A stretch of DNA of 64,000 nucleotides from Nymphaea colorata (lineage: Eukaryota): positions 24,862,001 through 24,926,000 of the forward strand of contig NC_045138.2 in NCBI RefSeq assembly GCF_008831285.2, read 5' to 3'. Below the pieces are notes generated by a model. The model did not search any database. It saw only the letters and a program-made list of their open reading frames with translations, and was not told the origin of the DNA. The position numbers were made by a program, and so were the translations under genes. Positions 11,940 through 23,593 of the stretch are shown here, one piece after another (the first letter of the stretch is position 1; each line of letters opens with the position of its first letter).

Positions 11940-13439
11940 TAAGCGCAGCATAACTCTAGCCCCTCTCTAGGTTAATACCTACTAAAGTGTGACCATGGAA
12001 CTTGAACTGCCTTCTTGTAAAAGTTTGTCCCTGTTCCATGGATACCATTGGGTGTTTAAGAAGGTTGCTGGAATTCTGTGGAAACTGCCCACTTATAGTT
12101 TAAATTCAATGTTAGGTCGTTGATGGGAACCGAAGGTGGATGAATCATGGAAGCTCAAGGCTTGATCACCACGTATGCCGTTGCATTCGGATGGTGCACC
12201 TTATGTTGGAGTCGTCCCCGCAGTTCAGTACGTATGTGTAGTTTGTTGACTACGTATTTCTGTATATGGCTTTCACATTGTTGGTTTCTTATTAATCCGT
12301 CAATTTAAATATTTGTAAGATAAGTTTCAAGGTCATGGTATTGTAATGATTGTTTTCATGTATATTTCTACATCGTTGAAATGTGCTATATTGAACTTAT
12401 GTAATTATGTTCCAAGCTGCAGTGTAGAATTGTTTATCTCACGTATACAAGTTCTATAAAGTGGATCTCCACGTAGAATTTGGTGTTTTAGTATAGACAA
12501 CTAGTATAGGGGAAAGTTATTTAATGTAGAAACATATGCCAACATGTTGTTTGCTAACACTAATTTAATGAAATATATTCAAGCTCTTTCAAAGAAAATT
12601 ATTGATTTTTTACTATTAAAATTTTGAGGTTATAAGAGTGATTTCTTGATGAACAGAAAACTCATTTAAATTCAATAAATGTTCTTTACCAATTCATTCT
12701 TAAGAGCATATCTCTAAAATTGGATTTAAAAAAAAAAAAAATTGTGAAACTGTTTCTAGCCATTTGGGAGGGACTCATGATAACAGCTAGAGGGGCTGGG
12801 GACCCCATTTAATACCAATGGTTCCACATCCAAATTGTGGTGGGGGGCTAACTTTCTTGGTACATATTCTTAAATGGAGGCCTTTTTTTTGTTTTTCTCA
12901 CACCTTGTCAAAATAAAAAGGTTTTCAAGAGTTGAACGACGTCTATATGAACATCGACTCTTTCCTTCTAATGCTGCGTTGCTTTCCTTTGTCAAGGAGC
13001 GAAAGTTATATATATATATACACAGGCATCTACTTTATATATATACACACGCATCTAATCTGCACCGATTTAGGAACCTCAAATCTGGGCCGTTCGATTT
13101 CGATTCGAACTACTCAGATATTTCTCAAATCTTTCTTTTTTGCAAAGAGAAACCCAGATAGCTCCTCTCCTGCCATTGCTTAGGGCCTCCTGATCGGTGT
13201 TGACAGGGGAAGCTCTCTCTTTTAAGAAGATGGGTGAGAGGATTTCACTAGGAGAGAGAGAGGAAGAGAGGGGAGATCCTTGGTGTGATTTGTAATAGGA
13301 TGGCCCAAATTTAATGTCTGCTTATACAAGGTTCTTCCATAAGTATTTAAACTCAAACGAATTAATTATCCTAGTTTCAAGTTTTACAAGAAAATAAAAT
13401 ATAGACTACAACTGTTTTATCAAAAGAAGCCAAGTCAAT

Positions 13440-14760
13440 TAGATGCAAATGTGTATACAAAATAAAGAACAAGTCTAATGGATTTATAGAACATTGCAAG
13501 GTCAGGTTGGTTGCCAAAGGTTATTCACAATAAGAGGGTCTAGACTTGAACAGGACTTTTGCCTCAAGTGCAAAAATGGTAATGGTTCGTACACTGTTTT
13601 CCATTGCTGCTAGCCGTGATTGGATTATGTGCCAGATGGATGTGAACAATGCATTCCTACATGAGAATCTACATGAAGAAGTATATATACAAGTGTATGC
13701 AAGTTACATAAGTTTTTATATGGACTAAAACAGTTCCCAAGAAATTGGTTCCATAAATTGTCAGCGGCCCTTAAAAGAATTCAGATTCATTCAATTGAAA
13801 GCAGATCATTCTCTATTTACATATAAAATAAAAATTATATTTCTTTTTGTTCTAGGAGATGTTGATGATTTAATTGTTGCAGGGAACAAAGAAGATAAAA
13901 ATTTCACATGAAAGACTTAGGCAAGCCGAAGTATTTTTTGGGATTGAAATTGTACCATCTAACAAAGATATTTATTTATCTCAATAGAAATATACATTGG
14001 ATATTATACATGAGACAGACTTACTTGGAGCAAAATCGATGGAATTTCTAATGGAGCAGTGACACAGGTTGGAAGTTGATCAGGAAGAGCTCATTAAAAA
14101 TCCTACATCTTATCGCTATTTAGTTGAGAGTTTAATTTATCTTAGTATTACATGGCCCAACATACAATTTGCAGTCCATGTGTTGAGCTGCTTCGCCTTC
14201 ATGCAGCAGCCATGTCTCCCACATCTCCATGCAGTTCTCGTACTTGTTTGCTATCTCAAGTTCATAGCAGCTAAGCATATTTTGTGACTCCGATTAGGAG
14301 GCATGTAACAAACACAACATTTAGTCACTGGCTACTGTGTGTTCCTCCGGTTTAATTCCAATTTCTTGGAAAACTAAGAAACAGCAAACAATCTCTAGGT
14401 CTTCTGCAAAAGCTGAATACAGGGCAATGGCAAATGTAGTATGTGAAGCAACATTGTTAAGAAACTTGTTGGATGATTTCCAAGTAATTCATCCTTCCAC
14501 CGTTACAGTTTATTGCATAATCAGGCAGCCTTATATATTGCCGCAAACCAATTTTTTATGAGCCCACAAAGCTTATTGAACTGAATTGTCATGTTATACG
14601 AGGAAAACTTCTACAAGGCACAATTCGAACATGCTATGTTAGAAGCAAAGATTAGTTGGCTGATTTGTTTACTAAAGCTTTTCAACTAAATTGTTTACTA
14701 AAGCTCTTCAACTAAATCTCTAAGAGCATTGAAAATCTCCACACTCCAGTTTGAGGGGTA
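13440..14760 (+). mobile_element. Degenerate Ty1/Copia retrotransposon pol remnant (RT + RNase H)
   Basis: Motifs KVRLVAKGYSQ*EGLD..TF, QMDVNNAFLHENLHEEVY, YRYLVESLIYLSITWPNIQFAVHVLS, ISWKTKKQQTISRSSAKAEYRAMA and LADLFTKA, with stops and frameshifts. Polypurine-tract-like TTGAGGGG at ~14751. Confidence 0.93.
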
Positions 14761-16262
14761 GAGTCAGGAGACAAGCATTACACATGATCTCTACACTCGT
14801 TCATGACATGATGACCGTTTGCATGAGAGACATTGCATAACATTGGACACGCGTAATCTACTCTATCAAAATGTTGTACAATTTCCTTGAGCATGTGTAA
14901 CTCTCTTCCGCATGGAAATCATTGATAATGGAAAGGAATTATTGCCTGCTGTATGGTTACCATTCTGAATTATTTGTAGTCGTTATGTGCATGTATTATT
15001 TTGTAAGCATTTTCAAAAAGGTAAATAAAATAAAAATAAAAATAAATCTTTTCATTATCATCGCAAACTTTCCTTTCTTCTTGCTGCTCGACTTGTAACA
15101 GTTACATTTTTCTCTTTTTCTTTTCACAATCTAGTGATTTGGTAACAAAATTTTTTGCTAAACTGGTTCTCATCTATTCCTCGTGATGGTCTGATTATGA
15201 TTTCATTGAACCATTTTTCGAATAGGCCAAGCGAAACAATAATTCGTATCTTCAATCCATGAAAGTGAGAGAAAATTGTGGCAGCTGCAACTTGTGATTG
15301 CACATGCAGCTCCCAACCTTCTAGAGAAAGAGGATACAACTGACTAATTTCAGAACCGCTTAGAAACCACAAAAATTGTCCCAGCATTAAAGTTCCACTT
15401 GTTTGGGTAGGTGGAACTTTAATCAACATAAACTGCCGAAGGCGTGTGGAAGGGAGGAGGGGCAGAGCTGGCAGGGGGGCGGTATGGCCATGGCCCCTCT
15501 TCAAAGTTTCAGAAATTCAACATTTTAACATTTAAATTAAAAAAAAAATAGTTTGACCTATATAAAATTTGTAAAAAACTTTATTTCGGTTTTTATTATA
15601 AACTATAGGTCGGTCGGTCCTCGTAACAAAAAGTTATGGGCTTTGCTCCTGAAAGGAGGAAAGACTCAAAGAAGAGATGAGGAAGGGAAAGGGGACAGAA
15701 GAGACAGGGAAAGGGGGCAGAAGAGATAAGGAAGGGGAAGGGAAAACAGTTCCACCTATTGGATAATTACACCCATCAGTATATGTCGCCTGTCAAAATC
15801 CTTGGCGAGCTCCCAATCATGCAAACTAATGTAGCAAACCAGATCGTCTTGTTAATTGGAACTTACTTTCTTGACAACATCCTACTAAACGGCGCCTCTC
15901 CAACGTTCAAGTTGTTTATCACATAAAGCAAACTTACGAACCTTTTTTCATTTCAATCTCCAAATTAGTTCAGTATGCTTTGAGTGTGAAGACTTGTCAA
16001 CGCGAGGAATGCATTCATTCCGTGTATTATTAATCAGCAGGAACAAAATAATGCAGTTCCAACTTGCTCTCTCAATTAAATGCACTTTAGCGACGATTTA
16101 GTGACATTTTCCCCTTCTCTGCTCAAACGCGAAACGGGAGAAGTTTATGGAAACTTCACAGAGAATCAAATCGACTCTTTATATATCTCCAGTCTCCTGC
16201 AGCACCACCTACGAAAAAACACGGATTCAAAATCTGTATCACAAGTCCCCTTTCAATCGTTA

Positions 16263-17634
16263 ATGACGACGGCAGGGCTTCAGGGCCGAACACTCAAGAT
16301 CTCAGGTGAAACTGCTATTGTTTGCAGTTCGCACCTTCATGTTCATGCAGCAAACTTTTCTTGTTTTTCCTTCTTCATATTCCTCATATTAGGCCTTTCT
16401 TCATTACCATAACTATCATTTTAGGCTGTATTTTACTTTTTATGTTTTTATAAATTATAAACATGAATCTTTCAGTCATCGGTTGGAGGGACACAACAGC
16501 TAATACACATAGCCACCATACACATGGCCACCATCTCTACGCCGTAGTTCGATATGGCGACAAAAGTTGCACAACGGGGACATGCAAAGGTAAGCAAACC
16601 TTAGAACTGGAGATCTTGAGAAAAGGTTGATGGGTTTCTGAATCGAACTCTCGGGTCCCCTTTTGCTCTGCACTTTGGCTTACACATTTCAGATGTTATT
16701 GTGATTCTATTGTATCATATGGACAATCGCAAAGACACAGGAAACGAAATAAAATGTGAAGGTGAAGATTAACCTCTTGATTGTTGCAGGTGGAACGGGG
16801 ACTGCACCATTCAACGACGAACTCACATTTCAATTCATTGAAGATCGCCACGAGTTTGATGTTGCCGTCTGGAGGAAGAGTAGATTGGGGAAGATCGGGA
16901 AGGACAAGCTTATTGCTTTCGGAAAGTATGCATTCTTTGTAATCTAATTTCGGTTGACCTTTTGGGTTTCTAAATGCAACGAAGGAGTATTTGAGAGACC
17001 CGCAGTCCAAGAAAAGAATAACAAGTCCTGAATTGACAACATCTGAGGCTAATTTTGTTTACATTTGGTTTTGTGCTTTTTGTGTATAGGATTCGTTTGG
17101 ATGATCAGGTTCTGGGTGGTAGGCCAAGCAGAAGGACATGGCACCTGCACCATCCGCCCGAGTATGTACGAATTCCCCATAGCTCGATTTTAGTTAGCGT
17201 TCTCTTGTTCAATCTGATCTTAGATGGCATATGGAAGTCCTTCAGCATTAACTACAGATCAATCGTGGAACTCTGAACTGTATTCAGTCAAAACCATGTT
17301 CAATTTTAATATATATGAATCTGCCTATTGTGATGTATATTTCCTGTGGATCATTCCGAATCACATAATTGCGTATGTGCTATACATACATTGTCAGCTG
17401 ACCCTATCTTTGTGGAGACAGGCATGGAGCAGATATAAATGCAGGTGAAGTAACTTTGGAAATAAACTGTCCGTTCGTTCAGGTAAATCCTTCTAGAACT
17501 GAACTTGGATTTGTCTGTTTACAAATTTTTTCTGCTGCTCATACTGATCATCTTCTTCTCTTTTCTCCTTTATAACCAAATACCCACAGAACGCTCTGCC
17601 GCCTCCTGCACCGTATGGCTATCGTCATGGTTAA
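16263..17634 (+). CDS. C2-domain (CaLB) protein, array copy 3; 6 coding exons, 156 aa
   Basis: Exons 16263-16305, 16476-16589, 16790-16925, 17090-17161, 17422-17482, 17590-17634; 471 nt, GT-AG. Protein MTTAGLQGRTLKISVIGWRDTTANTHSHHTHGHHLYAVVRYGDKSCTTGTCKGGTGTAPFNDELTFQFIEDRHEFDVAVWRKSRLGKIGKDKLIAFGKIRLDDQVLGGRPSRRTWHLHHPPEHGADINAGEVTLEINCPFVQNALPPPAPYGYRHG*. Confidence 0.85.
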
Positions 17635-19794
17635 TCTTCTTAATCCTACAGAAAAACCTCCAGGTAAACTGTAATTTTAACCTTTCAAGTTACAAATTCA
17701 GAGAGAGATAGAGTAAGCGATCTAGAGAGGAGAGACAGAGAGAGGCTCTCATGTTGTGATGTATAACCAAACCTCCATCTTTCAGATTTCGTGAAGCTGT
17801 AATAGAATTACTACACCGAAGTAAAACCGTGAGTAAATGAAACTGTGTCCGACCTCCAAGATTCTCAAGTAAATGGACCTTCGGCTTTTGTTTCTGACAC
17901 GAGAAAACCACAACCTAGTTGCATCCAGCAGCATATAACTTTATGGGGTGTAGGCACATAGAACACTGTGTTCCTGTTGCCACACAGGACCCCTAAGTGC
18001 AACATAACTCTAGCCTCTCTCTAGGTTTATACATACTAAAGTGTGACCATGAAACTTGAACTGCCTTCTTACAAATGCTTGTCACTGTCCCATGGATATC
18101 ATTGGGTGTTTAAGAAGGTTGGTGAGATTCTGTGGAAACTGCCCACTTACAGTTTAATTCATTTTAGGTCGTTGATGGGAACTGAAGGTGGATGAATCAT
18201 GGAAGCCGATGGTTTGGTCACTACGAATGCCGTTGCTTTGGATGGTGCACCTTATGTTGGAGTCGTCCCCGCTGTTCAGTTACCAAGACTCTGTAGTTTG
18301 TTGACTATGTATTTTTGTAAATGGCTTTCACAATGTTAGTTTCTAAATAATCCGTCAATTTGAATATTTGTGCGATAAGTTTCAAGTTCATGGTATTGTA
18401 ATGATTTTTTCCATGTATGTTTCTACATCGTGGTTGAAGTGTGCTGTATAGAACTTATGTAATTATGTTCCAAGCTGCAGTGTTGAATTGTTTGTCTCAT
18501 GTATACAAGTTCTACAAAGTGGATCTCCACGTAGAATTTGGTGTATTAGTATAGAGAGCTAGTACAGGGAAAAGTTATTTAATGTAGAAACATGTGCCAA
18601 CATCTTTACTTAAACTAATTTAATGAAAGATATTTAAGTTCTTTCAATGAAAACTACTGATTTTTTTTTTTTACTATTAAAATTTTAAGGTTATAAGAGC
18701 GATTTCATGATGAATAGAAAGCTCATTAAATGTTCTTTACTAATTCATTCTTAAGAGAACATCTTAAAGTTGGATTAAAAAAAAAAAAAACTGTGAGCCT
18801 ATTGCTAGCCATTCGGGAGAGACTCAAGATGACAGCTTGAGGGGCTGGGGACCCCATTTAATAGCCAGGGATCCACCGCATCTAAATTTTCGTCCGGGCT
18901 AACTTTCTTGGTATATATTCTTAAATGGAGGCCTTACTTTTTGTTTTTCTTATACCTTGTCAAAATAAAAGGGCTTTTAATAGTTGAACGTTTATATGAA
19001 CACCGACTCTTTCCCCTGTAATGCGTGTCGTCTCATTCCTTTGTCAAGGAGGGAAAGTTTGATATATATATATATATAATATGCACGGATTTGAAAACCT
19101 CAAGTCTGGGCTGTTTGATTTTGAATCGAACTATTCAGATCTCTCTCAAATCTTTGTTTTTGCAAAGAAAACCCCTGACAGCTCCTGATCGGCATTGATT
19201 GAGGAGAACCCACCGATGCTCTCTGTTGCAAGAAGATGAGAGAGGGTGGGAGGAGTTCATTAGGAGAGAGAAGAAGAGAGGGGAGCCGATAAAATGGAAA
19301 TATATAACAAAATTTAACAGCCTAGTTTGTAATAAGATGGCCCAAACTTGATGTCTGCTTATACAAGGTTCTTTCATAAAATTTAAACTCAAACTAATTA
19401 ATTATCCTAGTTTCAAACTAGTTTTTATGAAAAATGAACTGTTCAGTGTGGTCGTGTTATGATTGATAATTTGCAAAAAACAAAATGTCAAAACGTTTGA
19501 GGATCAAGCTGGCGCTTCTTTTGTTGTAAGATGTCAGCCAAAACGCATACGACTAAAAAATTTTCTCTTTGCACAAATGAGAAACAGGAGATAGGAAAAT
19601 CTACGCGAGAATGCTCAAAATTTTTTACAGGTTAAAACACGATTTTCAGTGGAAGAAGACGGCCGTGCTCGTCAACCAGGGGCGTGAAGAAGAAAAGAAG
19701 ACGGCGGTGCTCGTCAACCTGGGGCGTGAAGAAGAGAAGGGTGTGGTTCTTCCAGTGGGCTTGAATGGGCATCATCATGAGCACCACCCAACAC

Positions 19795-20085
19795 TGCGTC
19801 CGTGGCACTCTTTGTGAGAGGGCTTGAGCACGACATCAGAAGGATAGAAGTTACATAATGTTTTGAACTAGCTTGAATGCTGAAAAAGAAGAACAGGAGG
19901 CTGGAGGCTCTTGTGAGATGTTGAAACACAGAGAGAACAATCAGCAATCCTCCCACTAAAAAATGGACAGTCCTCCAACCCAAGCGACTGCTACAGGCTC
20001 AGGTCGGCCAACCAGGTGGTGAGACGTCTAATGCCTGAGCAGATCAAGGAGAAGAGCAGAAGAGAAATTTGTTTTTACTGTGATA
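19795..20085 (+). mobile_element. Ty3/Gypsy gag remnant
   Basis: Fragments VALFVRGLEHDIRR...FELA*ML and VRRLMPEQIKEKSRREICFYCD match the gag pattern RL...E..E.R.KGLCF.CD (start of the zinc knuckle). Confidence 0.65.
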
Positions 20086-22013
20086 CTGAGTCACCTTCTT
20101 CACTATTTTTCTCTTCCCAGTTTTAGGTTCGGCCAGGAATGCGAAACAATAATTCGTAGCTTCAATCCATGAAAGTGAGGGAAAACGTTTTTATTATTTT
20201 AAGAAAAAATTGCATAAATATATTCAACTTTGAATGAGTAACATAGACTCATGTTTACGTCTAAATAACTTCGGTTGGATGTCTGAATCAAAACACAAGA
20301 AAGAAGTGGTCAAATGACCAAGTCTTGTTTTATATAATATTTTTGCCTGAATAAATTGTGCCAGCTGCAACTTGTGATTACACATCCAGCTCCCAACCTT
20401 CTAGAGAACGATGATACAGCTGTCAGGTGGCTCAGCCCTGAAATTGACACAACCTCTTAGAAATTACAAAATTTTAATGTTAATGTTCAAGCGAGCACAC
20501 AACCTCTTAGAAATTACAAAATTTTAATATTAATGTTCAAGGGCTCACTGATGGTGAAGGTGCTGGCAAGAAGTAAAGTTAGAAATTTCTGATTAAGGGA
20601 GTCGAATTAAAGTTTTTAAATTTTGACATGGATTCAAATAGTTATGTTTTAAAATTTTTATATAAAACAAGTAAAATTTTTTAAAATTTACATATAAAAC
20701 TTTTAAAAAAAAAATTAAGGTGGAGTAAATCCCCTAATGAACTATTTTTTAACAGTAAAAAAATTCTCCTAAATGGATCTGACTAAATTTTGGTTACAAG
20801 TTTGGCATTATGCTACCGTTAAAGCTAAAGCCTACCAAATATATCTAGATCAGCATATGGATAGGAATGTTAATTTATCACATTTAAATTAAAAATACCT
20901 TTAAATATATTTATTTTTCAAATGTTTACATATTTGAATTCGAATATGAATAAAGAAAAGTCATACACTGAAAACTGAAATCAGATTTCATAATTTGAAT
21001 CTGATTTTTTTACAATCATATTTGCATCCAAATCTTAATTCACCAATTTTCAAAATATATGAGTAGTTGATATAGGATATTTATTTAAAACTAAAGCTAA
21101 TTCAAATCAGAGTCTCATTCATATATTTATTTATATTTGAATATAAATCTGATTGCATGGCTTAGAGTGACTAAGAGTACACGTCTCCTTATATTTCTCT
21201 ATTATAATGAGCGTGAATTTCTCTTTTTTTTAGCTTCTCTCCAGAAGTAAACAGCATTATAATTCTCTATTATAATAAGCGTGAATTTCTCTCTTCTTTT
21301 TATCTGCTTTGCAGAAGTAAACAACATTGATATGCATGCTGCGTCTGCGTGATGTGTTTTAGATCAACAAGCAAGAGGTTAAGCTGCTGGAAGTTTCTTC
21401 CTGGCACTTCTGCTGAAAGTCGAAAGTGTCGTTGTCGCTCCCACGCATCGCCGGAGGTGGGTCATGGTTGTAAATGGCCCTAAACTCCTGAAGGGGAAAG
21501 AGATGTGGAAGGGAGGGAGGGGAAGTGGGAGGAGACAGGGAAAGGACGAGGAAGGGGAAGGGAAAGGGAACAGAAGAGAAGGGGAAGGGGAAGGAGACAG
21601 AGAAGAGACGGTGAAGCGTAAGGAAATGGGTGGAACTTGGTAAAGGATTGGGTTCAGTCCTTTTCATGGGTTATGATCAAAACCCTCTGCCTTTTCCTTT
21701 AAAAGGTTTTAAGACTGGCGATGGCAAGATTTTTCAAAAACTTCAAGGTCTCGGAAAATTTCCTCGCATTTATTTAACTTAAAATCTCAGCCAAAATGCA
21801 CAAGCTTAAGAACTTTCCCCTCTCTACTGAAACGCGAAACGGGAGAACACTCTCGAAATCCTTCGCGGGAGTCTCCTTCCACGAAGCAGTCCATGATATA
21901 CGAAACTTCCCAGAGAATCAAATCGCCTTTTATACATCTCTGTTCTCCTGCAGCGCCACCTACAAAAAAACAAGGATTCAAAATCTGTTTCGGAAAGCCT
22001 CTTTCTGTCGTTA

Positions 22014-23593
22014 ATGGCGACGGCAGATGTTCAAGGCCGAACGCTCGAGGTCTCAGGTGTAACTGCTTTTAATTTTTACAGTTCGCATCTTAATGTTCAC
22101 GCAGCAAATTTTTCTTGTTCTTCCATTCTTTTTTTCTTCATATTCCTCATGTCAATCCCTTCTTCGTTACCATAATCATCATTTGAGGGTGTATTTTTCG
22201 TTATATAAACATGAACCTTCCAGTCATCGGCTGGAGGGACATATCAGCTGACACACATGGCCAACAGCTTTACGCCGTAGTTGGATATTGCAACAAAAGC
22301 TGCAGCACGAGGGCAATCAAAGGTAAGCGGCCTTAGAACAGGAGATCTTGAGAAAAGGTTGATGGGTTTCAGAATTAAACTCTCAGATTCCCTTCTGCTC
22401 TGCACTTTGGCTTACAGATTTCAGATGTTCTTGTGTTTCTATTGTATCACATGTAGAGCCCCAAAGACAGGAAATGAAATAAAATGTGACGGTGAAGATT
22501 AACCTCTTGATTGTTACAGGTGGACGGACGGACTCAACACTCAGCGGCAACTTCAAATTTCAATTCATTGAAAGTGCCCATGAGGTAGATATTGCTGTCT
22601 GGAAGAAGAAGAATAGCTGGGACGAAGACAAGCTTATTGGCTTCAGAAAGTATGTATTCTGTATAATCCAATTTCGGTTGACCTTTTCAGTTTCCCGATG
22701 CAAGGAAAGAGTATTTGAGAAACCCGAGCGGTCCAAGAAAAGAATAGCAAGTCCCGAATTGAGAATACCTGAGCTTAATTTTGTTTACATTTGGTTTGTG
22801 CTTTTTGTGTATAGGATTGATTTGGATGATCAGGTTCTTCATGGTTGCACAAGCAAAAAGGCGTGGCAGCTGCACTCTCCGCCCAAGTATATACGAATTC
22901 CCCATAGTTTGATCTTAGTTATCATTCGATGGTTCAAGCTGATCTTAAATGGCACATGGAAGTCCTTTAGCATTAACTACAGATCAATTATTCCACTGTT
23001 TTTTTGTCGGAACCATGTTCAATCTTATTAATTGTTCAATCTTATTAATCTATATGAATCTACCTATTGTGATTTTAGCCAACCTTACAACATATTTCCT
23101 GTAGATCATTTTGAGTCTCCTGGTTACGTATCTGCTGTTTATACCTTGTCAACTGACAAAATCTTTGTGGAGACAGGCGTGGAGCAGATATAAAGACTGC
23201 AGGCGAAATATATTTGGAAATAAACTTAAACTGTCCGTTAGTTCAGGTAAATTCTTTTAGAACTGAACTTGGATTTTGTCTGTTTACAAATTCTTTTGCT
23301 GGTTAGACTGACCCTCTTCTCTTTTCCCTTCTATATATAACCAAACGGCCACAGAACGTTCTGCCGCCTCCTTCTGCACCGTATGACTATCCAATCTCTA
23401 TTTATGGTCGATCTTCTAATTATCCTACAGAAAGGCCTCCAGGTAAACTGTAAGTTTTAGCATTTCAAGTTACAAATTTGGAGAGAGAGAGAGAGAGTGA
23501 GAGAGAGAGAGAGATCTATATATAGAGAGAGAGAGAGAGAATTTCATGTTTTGATGTATAATAAAACTTCTATCAGGTTTCTTGAAGCTGTAA
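22014..23593 (+). CDS. C2-domain (CaLB) protein, array copy 4; intact, 7 exons, 172 aa
   Basis: Exons 22014-22056, 22224-22322, 22520-22649, 22815-22886, 23177-23246, 23355-23442, 23577-23593; 519 nt, GT-AG, same phases as copy 1. Starts MATADVQGRTLEVSVIGWRDISADTHGQQLYAVVGYCNKSCSTRAIK and ends PPPSAPYDYPISIYGRSSNYPTERPPGFLKL*. Confidence 0.87.

Noticed and set aside
9989..17010. Similar minus-strand ORFs 9989-10240 and 16696-17010
   Set aside because: They are antisense shadows of C2 exon 3 and intron 2 in duplicated units.
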